Source: a virus. Taken from it: a stretch of 64,000 nucleotides of DNA. Each line of letters starts with the position of its first letter. Within the stretch, counting starts at the first letter, position 1. The notes under the pieces were generated by a model. It searched no databases, was not told the DNA's origin, and worked only from the letters and a program-made list of their open reading frames with translations. The stretch covers positions 1 through 64,000 of the IMG/VR virus record IMGVR_UViG_3300008952_000019; one strand, given 5' to 3'. Of this stretch, positions 1 through 9,790 are shown piece by piece. The translations under genes and the position numbers were made by a program.

Positions 1-911
1 AGTTGCTAACTTTATATAATCCTTCTATTGATATTAATGCAACAGATAATCCTTTTGAATGGACTAGATTATCTATTGTAGAATTAACAGCAGTACAATG
101 GACAAATAGATCTATACCTACCGGTGCAGAAGATATGATCGATATTGCTACGTTAACATTTACAATGCCTATACATTTATCTGTACCATCTAGAGTAAGC
201 AGACAAACACTTATTCATACTATTATGTCTACTATTTTAACGGCAAAAAATAAAACTGAAATGGAGACATTTAGTTCTACAGGTACAATTAGTGGTGCAC
301 CAACAAATTATATGGTAACTACATTTAAAGATAGATCTGTTAGTTTATCGGGATCTACATTAACATTATTAAATGAAGACGGATCTGCAACAACAACTAC
401 TTGGACAAAGTTATTAGAAGAACGATCAGCAGAATTAAGAACAGGTATTAGCCAAGTAAAATTAATGGATGCAAATATAGAAAGTGAAGCAAATTTTCAA
501 GTATATGGTACATTATCATCCATTTCAAATCAAGAAATAACTGTAACTATAGATGCTAGTACTTTACCTACTAATTCTGCTAATACAGGAACAGTAAATA
601 ACATTGTAGATCCTACATATCAAGGACCGTTAAATTACGGATTACCCGAATCATCAACAGGGCAACGATACATTGTAACTAATGATGTACCTACAGGTGG
701 AAATTGGTGGGGCAATGTTATCGCACATAAAAATGACATAATAGAATTCGACGGAACCAATTGGGTCAGATCTTTTGATGCTAGTGAGACATCAACAACA
801 AAATTTACAACAAATTCAAATGATAGTACAAGATGGGTATGGAATGGTAATGAATGGAAAAATGCTACTGAAAGAATATATCCTGCCGGATATTGGAGAT
901 TATATCTATGA
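1..911 (+). CDS. Tail completion / sheath-stabilizer protein (T4 gp15-like), 5'-truncated by the window
   Basis: Frame open from the window edge. The segment LYNPSIDI..DNPFEWT.LS.V.L...W.NRSIP.G.E..IDIATLTF.MPI.LS.P matches the gp15-like family of large myophages as recalled. A C-terminal extension ends in YWRLYL. Confidence 0.6.
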   Translation, partial: LLTLYNPSIDINATDNPFEWTRLSIVELTAVQWTNRSIPTGAEDMIDIATLTFTMPIHLSVPSRVSRQTLIHTIMSTILTAKNKTEMETFSSTGTISGAPTNYMVTTFKDRSVSLSGSTLTLLNEDGSATTTTWTKLLEERSAELRTGISQVKLMDANIESEANFQVYGTLSSISNQEITVTIDASTLPTNSANTGTVNNIVDPTYQGPLNYGLPESSTGQRYIVTNDVPTGGNWWGNVIAHKNDIIEFDGTNWVRSFDASETSTTKFTTNSNDSTRWVWNGNEWKNATERIYPAGYWRLYL

Positions 912-1384
912 TTAATGGCGTAGGAGCCATTTTTCTTTCCCTACCTACCAGTAGAATATTACTCCAAATGCGATCAAAAAATGTTAGTCATTCAGGCACT
1001 TGGGCATTTTGGGGAGGTAAAGCAGAAAAAGGCGAACAACCTTTAGAAACATTACACCGAGAATTAGACGAAGAAATGGGGACAAATATTCCTAATTACT
1101 TTAATATAGTTCCATTACATGTATTCGAATCAAAAAACGGTTTTAATTACAAAACATTTATAGTAACAGTATTTAGAGAATTTGTACCTGAATTAAATGG
1201 CGAATCTAGTGGCTATTGTTGGGTAGATATAGGTTCGTGGCCTAAGCCATTACATAGTGGTGCTAAATTAGTCTTTTACGATAAATCGTCTATAGATAAA
1301 ATAAAGACAGTAGCAACTAATTTAAAAGATAAACGTCCCGATGCAAAGTGGATGGGTAAACAACAAAAACCTATAAAAGTTTAG
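908..1384 (+). CDS. NUDIX hydrolase
   Basis: Nudix box GGKAEKGEQPLETLHRELDEEMG (Gx5Ex7REUxEExG). Start set at ATG 908, which overlaps the upstream stop as ATGA and has GGAG 9 nt upstream. Confidence 0.9.
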   Translation: MINGVGAIFLSLPTSRILLQMRSKNVSHSGTWAFWGGKAEKGEQPLETLHRELDEEMGTNIPNYFNIVPLHVFESKNGFNYKTFIVTVFREFVPELNGESSGYCWVDIGSWPKPLHSGAKLVFYDKSSIDKIKTVATNLKDKRPDAKWMGKQQKPIKV

Positions 1385-2120
1385 GCCGTCGTATTTTAAG
1401 AAAAAGATCATACATTTTTTGTAAAGGTAATCCGGGTCGTAATGATTTTAAAGTTGTTGTTGCCTTGGCATAATCTTCTAATTGTGTAGTAAGAGGTATT
1501 TGTTTAATAGACACATTTTTATCTGTAACAAATCTTACGTAACACAACGGATCTCCCCTTTTAATATCGATAACTGCATTATCTGTAACAATTTCATAAG
1601 CAAAATCCAATGGACGAACCCAACTATAGATATTAAATGCTCCACATATACTTCTTAAATATTTAAAATAAGGTAGTTTATGCATGTGTAAAAAAGGAGA
1701 TACTTGTTCCATATGCAAATCTTTTTCGTCTGTTACAAATAATTGGGGGAAAGAAAAGCTAACCAATGGATTATTATTTTTATTTAATTTCAATCTACCA
1801 TTAAATTTTCCATCCGGTGTGTCATCTGCTTTATAATCTCCGCTCCATTCGTGTTTTCTTTCATCAAACACTATATATTGACTTGTAATATTTTCTTTGT
1901 TTACAGTTATTTTTGCATCTGTATTGCTTACTTTTTTATATGCAAATTTAACATGCAAGGGAGATCGTAAAACATACCAATTTTTTAAATAACTAGTAAA
2001 TGCAGGGCAAAATCTAAACGCAGCATCTATATCTTTATATACGTCTGTATATAATGATTCTGGTTCAGTATATGCAAGTGCAGTTTCAGCTCTTGCTGGT
2101 GTCCATCCTACTTCAATCAT
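1371..2120 (-). CDS. Conserved phage protein, DUF6065-like / dUTPase-like fold
   Basis: FRFCPAF...WYVLRSP near the N-terminus and IKRGDPLCYVRF near the C-terminus. Similar layout to 36145..36873. Confidence 0.5.
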   Translation of the reverse strand: MIEVGWTPARAETALAYTEPESLYTDVYKDIDAAFRFCPAFTSYLKNWYVLRSPLHVKFAYKKVSNTDAKITVNKENITSQYIVFDERKHEWSGDYKADDTPDGKFNGRLKLNKNNNPLVSFSFPQLFVTDEKDLHMEQVSPFLHMHKLPYFKYLRSICGAFNIYSWVRPLDFAYEIVTDNAVIDIKRGDPLCYVRFVTDKNVSIKQIPLTTQLEDYAKATTTLKSLRPGLPLQKMYDLFLKIRRPKLL

Positions 2121-2871
2121 CTTGTGGTTTTAATTCTACTTCAAATTCAGATTCTAAAAAACAAACTTGGGCTATTCTAGGATAATCTTTAAATGCATTA
2201 TCTGTGTGATATGCTGCGTGAAATAAATATCCAGGGTATAATATGCATCTATTATATGCCATTGGTATTACTTCTTCTAAAGCCCAATACCTATCCCAAT
2301 CATCATGATAATAAACAGATCCATCTTCTGCAGGCATAAATGCTTCGGTACCAATAACGTGATCTTCTAATTCATTATCTTCATCTACTAATCTAATATC
2401 ATTTGCATATTTTGATCTATATATACCAGTTCCGCCGTTGCATTCTTCATTTGTATTAAAAAATATAGACGCCGCTACGGTATTTAATCCGTCTGTATGT
2501 ACTCTATTTCCTACTGCATTTACTGGTTGATCTTCTATCCATTGAAAACAGTTTGATATAAAAGGATATGTTTTATCTACTAATGTAAAATCATAATAAT
2601 GTGATACGATGCTATTAATGACATAAACAAAAGGTGGTTCATCAAAAAATGACATCGAATGCCTACAGTCGTAATATTGCTTAAAATTTAATGTATCGGG
2701 AGTATGTTTCCATATGGGCACAGGAGAAGAAAGAATAAGATCTTTTATATTATCAGGTTTTTTATAAAAATTATCTATAATTAATATAAGAGAATCATCT
2801 GCTAGTTTAACTTTTTGAATATTTAATTCTTCGTTAATTGCAAATAATTCTAATGGTTTAAATCGTTTCAT
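2113..2871 (-). CDS. 2OG-Fe(II) oxygenase-like protein (DUF6445 family)
   Basis: IIDNFYKKPD, HTD (HxD), GGTGIYR, YNRCILYPGYLFH and R-x-x-Q-x-x-F motifs. Likely start is MKRFKP at 2871. Confidence 0.75.
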   Translation of the reverse strand: MKRFKPLELFAINEELNIQKVKLADDSLILIIDNFYKKPDNIKDLILSSPVPIWKHTPDTLNFKQYYDCRHSMSFFDEPPFVYVINSIVSHYYDFTLVDKTYPFISNCFQWIEDQPVNAVGNRVHTDGLNTVAASIFFNTNEECNGGTGIYRSKYANDIRLVDEDNELEDHVIGTEAFMPAEDGSVYYHDDWDRYWALEEVIPMAYNRCILYPGYLFHAAYHTDNAFKDYPRIAQVCFLESEFEVELKPQDD

Positions 2872-3535
2872 TTTTTTCTTTTTCTTCTTTAGTCGCGGAT
2901 CCCCATACATCACAACCAATGTTAAATGTTATACCATATTTTGTTTCTTTTTTTATAATTTGATTTGCTTGATGATATAACCAACCTGGCCACAGTAATA
3001 CAAGACCTTCTCTACTCTCATAAGTCATTACTTCTTGTTTATATTGATTTAAACTATATAAAGTTAATGAAGAAACATCATTTAGATAATATATACCTGA
3101 TATAAAACTATTTGCATGATTATGTATATCATGATAATTATATTGTTCTGTTATATTAACCCAACAACTCTGTATCCATACTTCTTTTCGATGATCTAGT
3201 CCTTGTGTTGCTCCTTCTTTATGCATCATTTGTTGATTAAGACCATTGTCTGCTAGTAACTCATCTGCATAAAATTGTGCTCGTTTTAAGATCTCTGATA
3301 TTAATAAAGAAAATTTAGAATATACTGGATTTTCTTCTTCATCTTTAAGACGAATATGAATATCATCTATTGTATAGTATGATGTATAACCAAATGGAAA
3401 TTTTCTAGGACAAGTTGCCCTTCCTTCTATATCTAATTCTTTTATTTCTTCACATGCTTTAATTAATTCAGAGTTGTCTATATCATCTATATAATCTTTA
3501 AAAATAGTTATAGGAAATATATCTTCAAGTGGCAT
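2858..3535 (-). CDS. Putative 2OG-Fe(II) oxygenase (TIGR02466-like)
   Basis: IFPITIF start, WVN....YHDIHNH.NS.ISGIYY, EGLVLLWPGWLYH, ITFNI. Confidence 0.8.
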   Translation of the reverse strand: MPLEDIFPITIFKDYIDDIDNSELIKACEEIKELDIEGRATCPRKFPFGYTSYYTIDDIHIRLKDEEENPVYSKFSLLISEILKRAQFYADELLADNGLNQQMMHKEGATQGLDHRKEVWIQSCWVNITEQYNYHDIHNHANSFISGIYYLNDVSSLTLYSLNQYKQEVMTYESREGLVLLWPGWLYHQANQIIKKETKYGITFNIGCDVWGSATKEEKEKNETI

Positions 3536-3935
3536 CGTAGTATGCTGACATTAATGTTATTTTATTATCATCGTCAAATTCTATTATTAATTGAGGATGT
3601 TTAAGATTACTACTAGTATCAAAATCTTTTTCGGCTATTAACTTATTACCTATTTCTGTTATTGTGGCACTCTCCGGAATCCCATTTTCGTCTTCTTCTG
3701 GTGGTTCGTCGGGACCATTTTCGGGTTTTGCTACATACTTTCCTCTGTTAGTTCGTAAAGCATTAGTAGAAAATTTTGTTACATCTTGTCCAGAAACATG
3801 AATCTGGCCTTCACTAAAATTAACTGTCCTATCTTTAAAATAATTTAAAAATTCTTCATTTTCGTCTTCAGTAAAATTACCCGCACCTTTATTTAGTAAT
3901 ATCCTGACTCTCTTGAAAATCTGTTTCTTGGTCAT
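3525..3935 (-). CDS. Hypothetical protein
   Basis: 136-aa ORF tiled between its neighbours, with an acidic PDEPPEEDE patch and no recognised motif. Confidence 0.55.
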   Translation of the reverse strand: MTKKQIFKRVRILLNKGAGNFTEDENEEFLNYFKDRTVNFSEGQIHVSGQDVTKFSTNALRTNRGKYVAKPENGPDEPPEEDENGIPESATITEIGNKLIAEKDFDTSSNLKHPQLIIEFDDDNKITLMSAYYDAT

Positions 3936-4668
3936 ATCCTATTAACTCCCATGCATCTCTATATTTTTCTGAAGGCAATTCGTCAACATTAAATACTTCT
4001 GAATATGCCCATTTATTTTTTTCTGGTATGTAAGATAATTTAGCAATTAATTCTTCTAATTCTATTCTTAAATTTACTGGTGTTATAATTATAACAGAAT
4101 TATCTTGTTTTTTCAATAAAATTCTTTTATTTGCATATTTTAATTTAAACATTTCTTCTTTTTTACTATAACTATTTTCTCCACTTATAGAATATATTAT
4201 TTTTTGAGATTGCTGATGCCAACCATAAAAATAATTATAATTTTCATTTTTATCTAATATATCAGGTTGTGGAATAAATTTATTATTCCACGCCGAAGTG
4301 TTTAGAATAAAAGAAACATTAAAACCACTCAATACTCTAGTAGATATAAAAGGCCCAGCTCCTAATTCACACCCTAAAACTTCGGTTTCAGGATCTATAT
4401 TATCTAAAGCATCGTATGTTTTTTGAAATATAGGGTCATGTGATTTATAAGGTAAAACATTTGGCCAATATCTATCTATATCGGCTATTGTTTCTACTTC
4501 AGTTAAATCTACTTTAAAATCTTTAAAATATTTTTGTAATTCAATTAATCTATCATTATCTTCTTCTTTTATTTCTATATCTAATTTTTCTATTTCTTTA
4601 TTTAAAGAAGACTGTAAATTTTTTTGAAATATATTTTTTGCTTTTTCTATATTAATTTGTATAGGCAT
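3889..4668 (-). CDS. Putative fibre-assembly/chaperone-like protein
   Basis: N-terminal IQINIEKAKNIF helix and C-terminal VIIITP...VDELPSEKYRDAW module, both recalled from small phage fibre-associated proteins. Confidence 0.4.
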   Translation of the reverse strand: MPIQINIEKAKNIFQKNLQSSLNKEIEKLDIEIKEEDNDRLIELQKYFKDFKVDLTEVETIADIDRYWPNVLPYKSHDPIFQKTYDALDNIDPETEVLGCELGAGPFISTRVLSGFNVSFILNTSAWNNKFIPQPDILDKNENYNYFYGWHQQSQKIIYSISGENSYSKKEEMFKLKYANKRILLKKQDNSVIIITPVNLRIELEELIAKLSYIPEKNKWAYSEVFNVDELPSEKYRDAWELIGYDQETDFQESQDITK

Positions 4669-4669
4669 T

Positions 4670-7225
4670 TTACCACCATTTAATAATAGTTACATGATTT
4701 GTGGTAACAGGCGAAGTTCCGCCCGGGGACGGAGCACTAGCATCTATAATACCTGTCATAGAAGCTCTAACAAGATCTCCTGCTTGATTTCTTTGTAATA
4801 TGTTTGCTCTTGTATAATATAATGTATGATTATCCCATGCATGAGGTAAAGGATAATTAGGAAATACAGTTGCCCAGGTACCTTCAAAATATTCGTTGTT
4901 CCAATATTTAGTTTGTAAAGTACTAGTTGCTGAAGTTTCTTTTGTTTGCGATACTGTCATTGGATCAAAATCTGCATCTGTACCGGTACCAAGATCTACA
5001 TTAGTGGCATCATTTTCTAATCGCCAAGTATCAACATCTCCTTGTTTATCAGTAAGGGCCCATGTCCAGTACGCTACTTCTTTTCTATGGGAATTATTGT
5101 CAAAAATTTCAGTTTCGGCTCTATCTTCGTATCTAGTACCATATCTATATTCGTATCTATATTCGTATCTATACTCTTGTCGTGCCGAAACTCTATATGT
5201 ATATTCTGATCGAGTAGTACCTCTTGCCACATATCTACCTTGAGCTCTTCGAGACAATTCGTGTCGAGATCTCCACCACATCCATCCGTCTCTCCATCTA
5301 AACCAACCATCGACATATCTGTATGCGTCTCGATAAGCATAACGAGTTTCAGCTCGAGCAGTTGCACTATATCTATACTCTAGTCTAGCGGTGGCTCTAG
5401 CAGTAGCCCTAGCGGCATTTCTTTGTATTAATCGTTGTGATTGCCTTTCTGTATGTCTAGATACACTTGTTTGATAACTAATGTCATTAACATCTACTGT
5501 TGTATCTAGCTGTGTATACGAAAACAAAGGAGTCGAAGTTAGTTCTGCATCTACTTTGTCAGATTCTGCTTTGAATTTGTCATATGTCATATCTTCAATA
5601 TAATCATTAACATCTATGGCATCTAATATTAACCAATCAGTAGTTATTCCGCGAGTAGTTCGCTGAGACATTAAATTTATGTATGCTTTGTATTCTTCTA
5701 TAAACGATTTTACACCATCGGATGTAATCCTAGTTTTATTATCTAAAGTAAATGTGTAATTAGAATATGTATAGGGCAATTTATTGAAACCGTATACTTC
5801 GCCTAACTCTATTTTGTCTAATGTAGTATCTAAAAAACTACCTAATTCTTCTGCTACTGTTTTAAAATCTACAGTGGTTCCGCCTGTTCGGTAATCAACT
5901 ACCTCTTCAACGTCAGCAACAAAATGTATACTAGGCGTAAGCGGTCCTATATCATATTTAATTTTACCTATATGTTGTACCGTTCCATCAGTGTACAAAT
6001 GATCTTCCCAATTACCATGCGGTGTTGCAGCATTTTCGGTTGAACCATTTGTTCTCCAACAATGCCCGTACTTACCATACGAATCATCCGAATATAAACC
6101 ATCATAATCGTTAAATTCAGAAGTGCTTGAACCTGAAGTACAAGGATTCATAGCACCTAAACCTGTAATCGGAGGTTCAGGCTGATTAGACGATTGGGTA
6201 TCTGCGTGAACTGTTAATCCTACACGAATATTTTGAGGAAGAGAATGAGGTATCTGAATTAACATATAACCATTTGCATTCTTAAATTTTATGCCTGTTT
6301 TCCAAAAATAATTTTTACCTGTAAAAGAACCTGACCCCGGATCGGAGTTATGAAAAGTAGCACCATTTAATCTACTTAATACTTCAGGATAGTTACCAGG
6401 GCTTGTATTTGCTACCGGATCCACAAAATGATTTTGGGATGCAGTAAATTCTGTTGAGTATGCTGGAGAATTGGTAGTTTTAACTCCAGCATTCCATTGT
6501 ATAATTTGTCTCCCCCCTATATTACCTTCTACTGTTCTAAACACCCAGCGATAATTATAACCAACATTAGGTGTATGATTATTGAACACATTATAAGGAT
6601 AAACGCTACGAGATTGTGCTTGTTGCGTTTCTGACGAAAATGCTGCATATCCTCCCAACCATCCTCCCCAATATCCAGATTTAGTATATTTTATATCTGT
6701 CATAGGATGTAAAGTACTACCTTGCCTAAAACCAGTATTAGAAAAAAATAATACAATTTTTTCTGGATTTAAGTTTTCGATTTCCCACGTATATTGTTGA
6801 CCTGAAGAATGTTTAATAAAAAAACCATCATTGAAATCAAAAGTACAATGTACCTCTCCTTGCCATGTTTTTTCGCTACCGGAACCTATATCGATAGTTT
6901 TTTCTACAATCGGTATTGGGTTTTCGTCATCTATGACATTTCCGTTATACAATCGAACTTTCATTCGAGATTGAGTCCAGCCACTATTTTGATCATATAA
7001 ACCAACTACTTCAATATGTTCGGATCTAACATACCATGTTAATTTTGATAACATACTATCGTTAGGAGTACCAAAAAATGCTTGCCTAAATTTATGATTA
7101 TCATAAAAATCTAATTGATAAAAAGATGCTGGATCCCATTGTTGACTGTTAGTTTGAGTGTTAGGATCAAAATAATCTTTGTAAGAAATATGAACTCTTT
7201 CTGCTTGTCGAATTTCTCTAGACAT
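4670..7225 (-). CDS. Virion-associated protein (851 aa) with an Arg/Tyr/Trp periodic insert
   Basis: Long ORF coupled to the upstream fibre gene by a TAATG overlap. The region at about 5111-5458 shows R-x-x-x periodicity. Confidence 0.6.
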   Translation of the reverse strand: MSREIRQAERVHISYKDYFDPNTQTNSQQWDPASFYQLDFYDNHKFRQAFFGTPNDSMLSKLTWYVRSEHIEVVGLYDQNSGWTQSRMKVRLYNGNVIDDENPIPIVEKTIDIGSGSEKTWQGEVHCTFDFNDGFFIKHSSGQQYTWEIENLNPEKIVLFFSNTGFRQGSTLHPMTDIKYTKSGYWGGWLGGYAAFSSETQQAQSRSVYPYNVFNNHTPNVGYNYRWVFRTVEGNIGGRQIIQWNAGVKTTNSPAYSTEFTASQNHFVDPVANTSPGNYPEVLSRLNGATFHNSDPGSGSFTGKNYFWKTGIKFKNANGYMLIQIPHSLPQNIRVGLTVHADTQSSNQPEPPITGLGAMNPCTSGSSTSEFNDYDGLYSDDSYGKYGHCWRTNGSTENAATPHGNWEDHLYTDGTVQHIGKIKYDIGPLTPSIHFVADVEEVVDYRTGGTTVDFKTVAEELGSFLDTTLDKIELGEVYGFNKLPYTYSNYTFTLDNKTRITSDGVKSFIEEYKAYINLMSQRTTRGITTDWLILDAIDVNDYIEDMTYDKFKAESDKVDAELTSTPLFSYTQLDTTVDVNDISYQTSVSRHTERQSQRLIQRNAARATARATARLEYRYSATARAETRYAYRDAYRYVDGWFRWRDGWMWWRSRHELSRRAQGRYVARGTTRSEYTYRVSARQEYRYEYRYEYRYGTRYEDRAETEIFDNNSHRKEVAYWTWALTDKQGDVDTWRLENDATNVDLGTGTDADFDPMTVSQTKETSATSTLQTKYWNNEYFEGTWATVFPNYPLPHAWDNHTLYYTRANILQRNQAGDLVRASMTGIIDASAPSPGGTSPVTTNHVTIIKWW
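5142..5176. repeat. 12-bp tandem repeat (tatctatattcg, about 2.9 copies) encoding EYRYEYRYEYRY
   Basis: Read directly: 5142-5153 and 5154-5165 are identical, followed by an imperfect partial third copy. Confidence 0.9.
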
Positions 7226-9111
7226 TAAATATACTCAAGTTGAAATGTTTGAAAATTAGTTGCCATTTCTGTGCATGTATTTGTCCAACTATTTATTGTA
7301 GGCTGCACCATTTTTATTCTAGCTAAAACTCTAATAGGTGCTCCAGATGATGCTACATCTGAATACAATATACCTTTTACAGAATTAACTCCAGAAGATG
7401 GAAATATAGAAATTGGTTGTAATCCACCTTCATCTTTAACATATTCTGCAGAAATTGCTAACTTAACTGTTTCATTTGCCAAATCTTGGAGCCATCCATA
7501 AACATAAAGTGTCATATCTTCAGCATTTGTATATCCTAATACTTGACCTGCAGGTATTGCTAATGAAAACGAAGATGTTATTTCTATGACGTGTATTTTA
7601 CCTTTGGTAGCATCGGGATCTCTAAATATTATTCTTGCAGGACTTAATACAGATAAAATTGCATCTTGATAATTTCTTAATTCAAGTGTGTATATTCCAG
7701 AAGATAATGTTTCTACAAATGAATAATTTTCTTTAGCATTAGGCCATAATCCGCCTAACCATTCTACGTCTTCTGTTGATGTAGGAGGTGGAGACCATAT
7801 AAAACCTGTGCCTGCCGGATTTTGTGTTAAATAATGTCCTGGACTTCCGGCATTATCTATTATTACTTCATTAATACCAACAGAATCATTCTGCATCATA
7901 GATAAAGAAACATAATCATTACCTAAAATAACTGTATTACTACTTAAATCTAATGTATTTGCTAATTTAGGTACAGTAATAGAACCATTTAATATTTGAG
8001 TACCTGTTATATTATTAGCCGGAAGAGTAAAATTAGTATTTGTAATTGTAAATGCTGTTGCTCCATTAATTGAAGTTAATATATCAGGTGCATTTAATAC
8101 AGTTGTTATACCAGTAAAAGAAAGTTGTCGTTCTAATTTATCTGCGGTTATTGAATAATCTTGTAATTTGTCTGTGCCAATACTATCATCTGCAAATGTT
8201 GTATTAGACATTGTACCAGTAATCAATCCACTTAAAACAAAATTAGAATAGTCTACTTGTGTAAGTTGAAAATTGCCCGAGCCGTCTGACTCTAAAAAGT
8301 AATTTTGACTATGACCAGGATCAGAACTATTTTGTATTTTTAATTCATTATATCCAACACTTGCGGCACCCGGTGCGTCATTTGCAAACTGTAAATTAAC
8401 AGGAGTCGAACCTTTAAGAAATTCAAATCTATCTAATACCTCATTCCATTGAATTTTTGCTACATCATTGGTCGGGCCCCTGTTAATATCTATTCCGGCA
8501 ACTCCTGCTGAAACTCCAGGACCAGTTTCGTCATCATTAATAACTATTACATTATCTTTAACAAGTAAATTTTGAGTATCAACTTCAGTGGTTGTTCCTT
8601 CTGTTTTTAAATTACCCGTTACAGTAATATTTGTAACTGTCAAATCTGTAGGAAATGTTATTGTTGCCGATCCTGATAAATCTAATGTTGTAGATAATTT
8701 AGGTCCTGTTATAGTACCATTTGCAATATCACTATCTGTTATTGTTAAATTTGTAATCATATCGCTTGTTATTGTATTTGAAGCAATATGATTTGCAGGT
8801 ATAGGACCTGTAATAGCACTATAATTTATGGGATACGCACCAGGAGCTTCCCAAGATAATGCTCCTGTACTAGAAACTTGCAAAAATTTATTTGCATCAC
8901 CTGATGTAAAAGTTAAATTTAATTCTCTACTAGTAATACTATTTTCAGGTAATGTAAGAGTATGAGATGATATATCAAGAGTTGTATGTATTTTATCTGA
9001 TGTAATAGAACCAGTTGCTAAATCTACCGATTGAATAGAAGCATCGTTTATTTTGGCACCTGTTACAGCACTATCTGCTAATAAATTTGTAGTTATTTTA
9101 GTTAATGGCAT
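7225..9111 (-). CDS. Tail fibre-like structural protein
   Basis: Repeats of the type I.D.SIT..KL, a VKDNVIVIN...AGIDINRG motif, and Thr/Ser/Asn-rich composition. Start MPLTK at 9111 (TAATG overlap, GGAGG upstream). Confidence 0.7.
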   Translation of the reverse strand: MPLTKITTNLLADSAVTGAKINDASIQSVDLATGSITSDKIHTTLDISSHTLTLPENSITSRELNLTFTSGDANKFLQVSSTGALSWEAPGAYPINYSAITGPIPANHIASNTITSDMITNLTITDSDIANGTITGPKLSTTLDLSGSATITFPTDLTVTNITVTGNLKTEGTTTEVDTQNLLVKDNVIVINDDETGPGVSAGVAGIDINRGPTNDVAKIQWNEVLDRFEFLKGSTPVNLQFANDAPGAASVGYNELKIQNSSDPGHSQNYFLESDGSGNFQLTQVDYSNFVLSGLITGTMSNTTFADDSIGTDKLQDYSITADKLERQLSFTGITTVLNAPDILTSINGATAFTITNTNFTLPANNITGTQILNGSITVPKLANTLDLSSNTVILGNDYVSLSMMQNDSVGINEVIIDNAGSPGHYLTQNPAGTGFIWSPPPTSTEDVEWLGGLWPNAKENYSFVETLSSGIYTLELRNYQDAILSVLSPARIIFRDPDATKGKIHVIEITSSFSLAIPAGQVLGYTNAEDMTLYVYGWLQDLANETVKLAISAEYVKDEGGLQPISIFPSSGVNSVKGILYSDVASSGAPIRVLARIKMVQPTINSWTNTCTEMATNFQTFQLEYI

Positions 9112-9782
9112 TATCCAAATACCCTCCAAGTACTTCCATTATATACTAGACCAAAATTTAAAACAGCGGTATTGACAACTAAGTCGTCAGCAACATCCAT
9201 AATTGTACTACCATTTCTACTTACAGTTAATGGATAATCTTGAAAATGTCCGCCTGCATCAACAACTCTGATAGTATCGTTTTGGTTAGGTGAAGCAGGT
9301 AATGTCATTGTAACTTGTCCATTTGTTGTATCCACTTGAACTGATTGCCCTGCATATGCCGTAAATGGGGAATCAGTATCGCTTTTATAATCAAATCCAC
9401 CGGGATCAAACGAAGTAAAACTTAAACCGCCTGCGCCATTTGTTGTTAATGCTTGACCTATTGTACCATCAGTGACATTTAATTCATCTATTCCTATTGT
9501 ATTTGCACTTACTGTTGTAATATTAATAGGCGATGCTTCAATATACTTTACTAGTACTCTAGATCCGGACGGCGGTGCTTCAGTAAATACAACTTTTGTT
9601 CCGGCAGTATTGATTCCATATGCCGCAGTAGGTTCTTGTGTTAGACCGTCTATAGAAACAAATAGTTGTTTTTGATCTACTACTGTAAATGTTAAAGTAA
9701 ATTCAGTATCACTGCCAGTACCTGTAAAAATATCTTGTTGTACTTCGGCAGTATCTATTTGCTTCTTCTTTAAAAATTTCAT
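9111..9782 (-). CDS. Virion structural/adaptor protein
   Basis: FTGTGSDTEFTL...VSIDGLTQEP...FTEAPP domain plus the C-terminal VDT...TLPASP...RNG.TI...LVYNGSTWRVF module. Confidence 0.7.
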   Translation of the reverse strand: MKFLKKKQIDTAEVQQDIFTGTGSDTEFTLTFTVVDQKQLFVSIDGLTQEPTAAYGINTAGTKVVFTEAPPSGSRVLVKYIEASPINITTVSANTIGIDELNVTDGTIGQALTTNGAGGLSFTSFDPGGFDYKSDTDSPFTAYAGQSVQVDTTNGQVTMTLPASPNQNDTIRVVDAGGHFQDYPLTVSRNGSTIMDVADDLVVNTAVLNFGLVYNGSTWRVFG

Positions 9783-9790
9783 AATTTATC

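Noticed and set aside
2871-2919. Poly-Lys N-terminal extension / A-tract as a programmed frameshift fusing the two oxygenases
   Set aside because: The tract is the KEEKEK tail of the upstream gene, and the ATG at 2871 gives an ordinary short overlap. There is no further evidence for slippage.
4896-5367. Alternative-frame ORFs 4896..5243 (+, YLYS repeats) and 5074..5367 (-, IDTN repeats)
   Set aside because: Shadows of the 12-bp periodic Arg-ladder sequence, fully nested in the 851-aa gene
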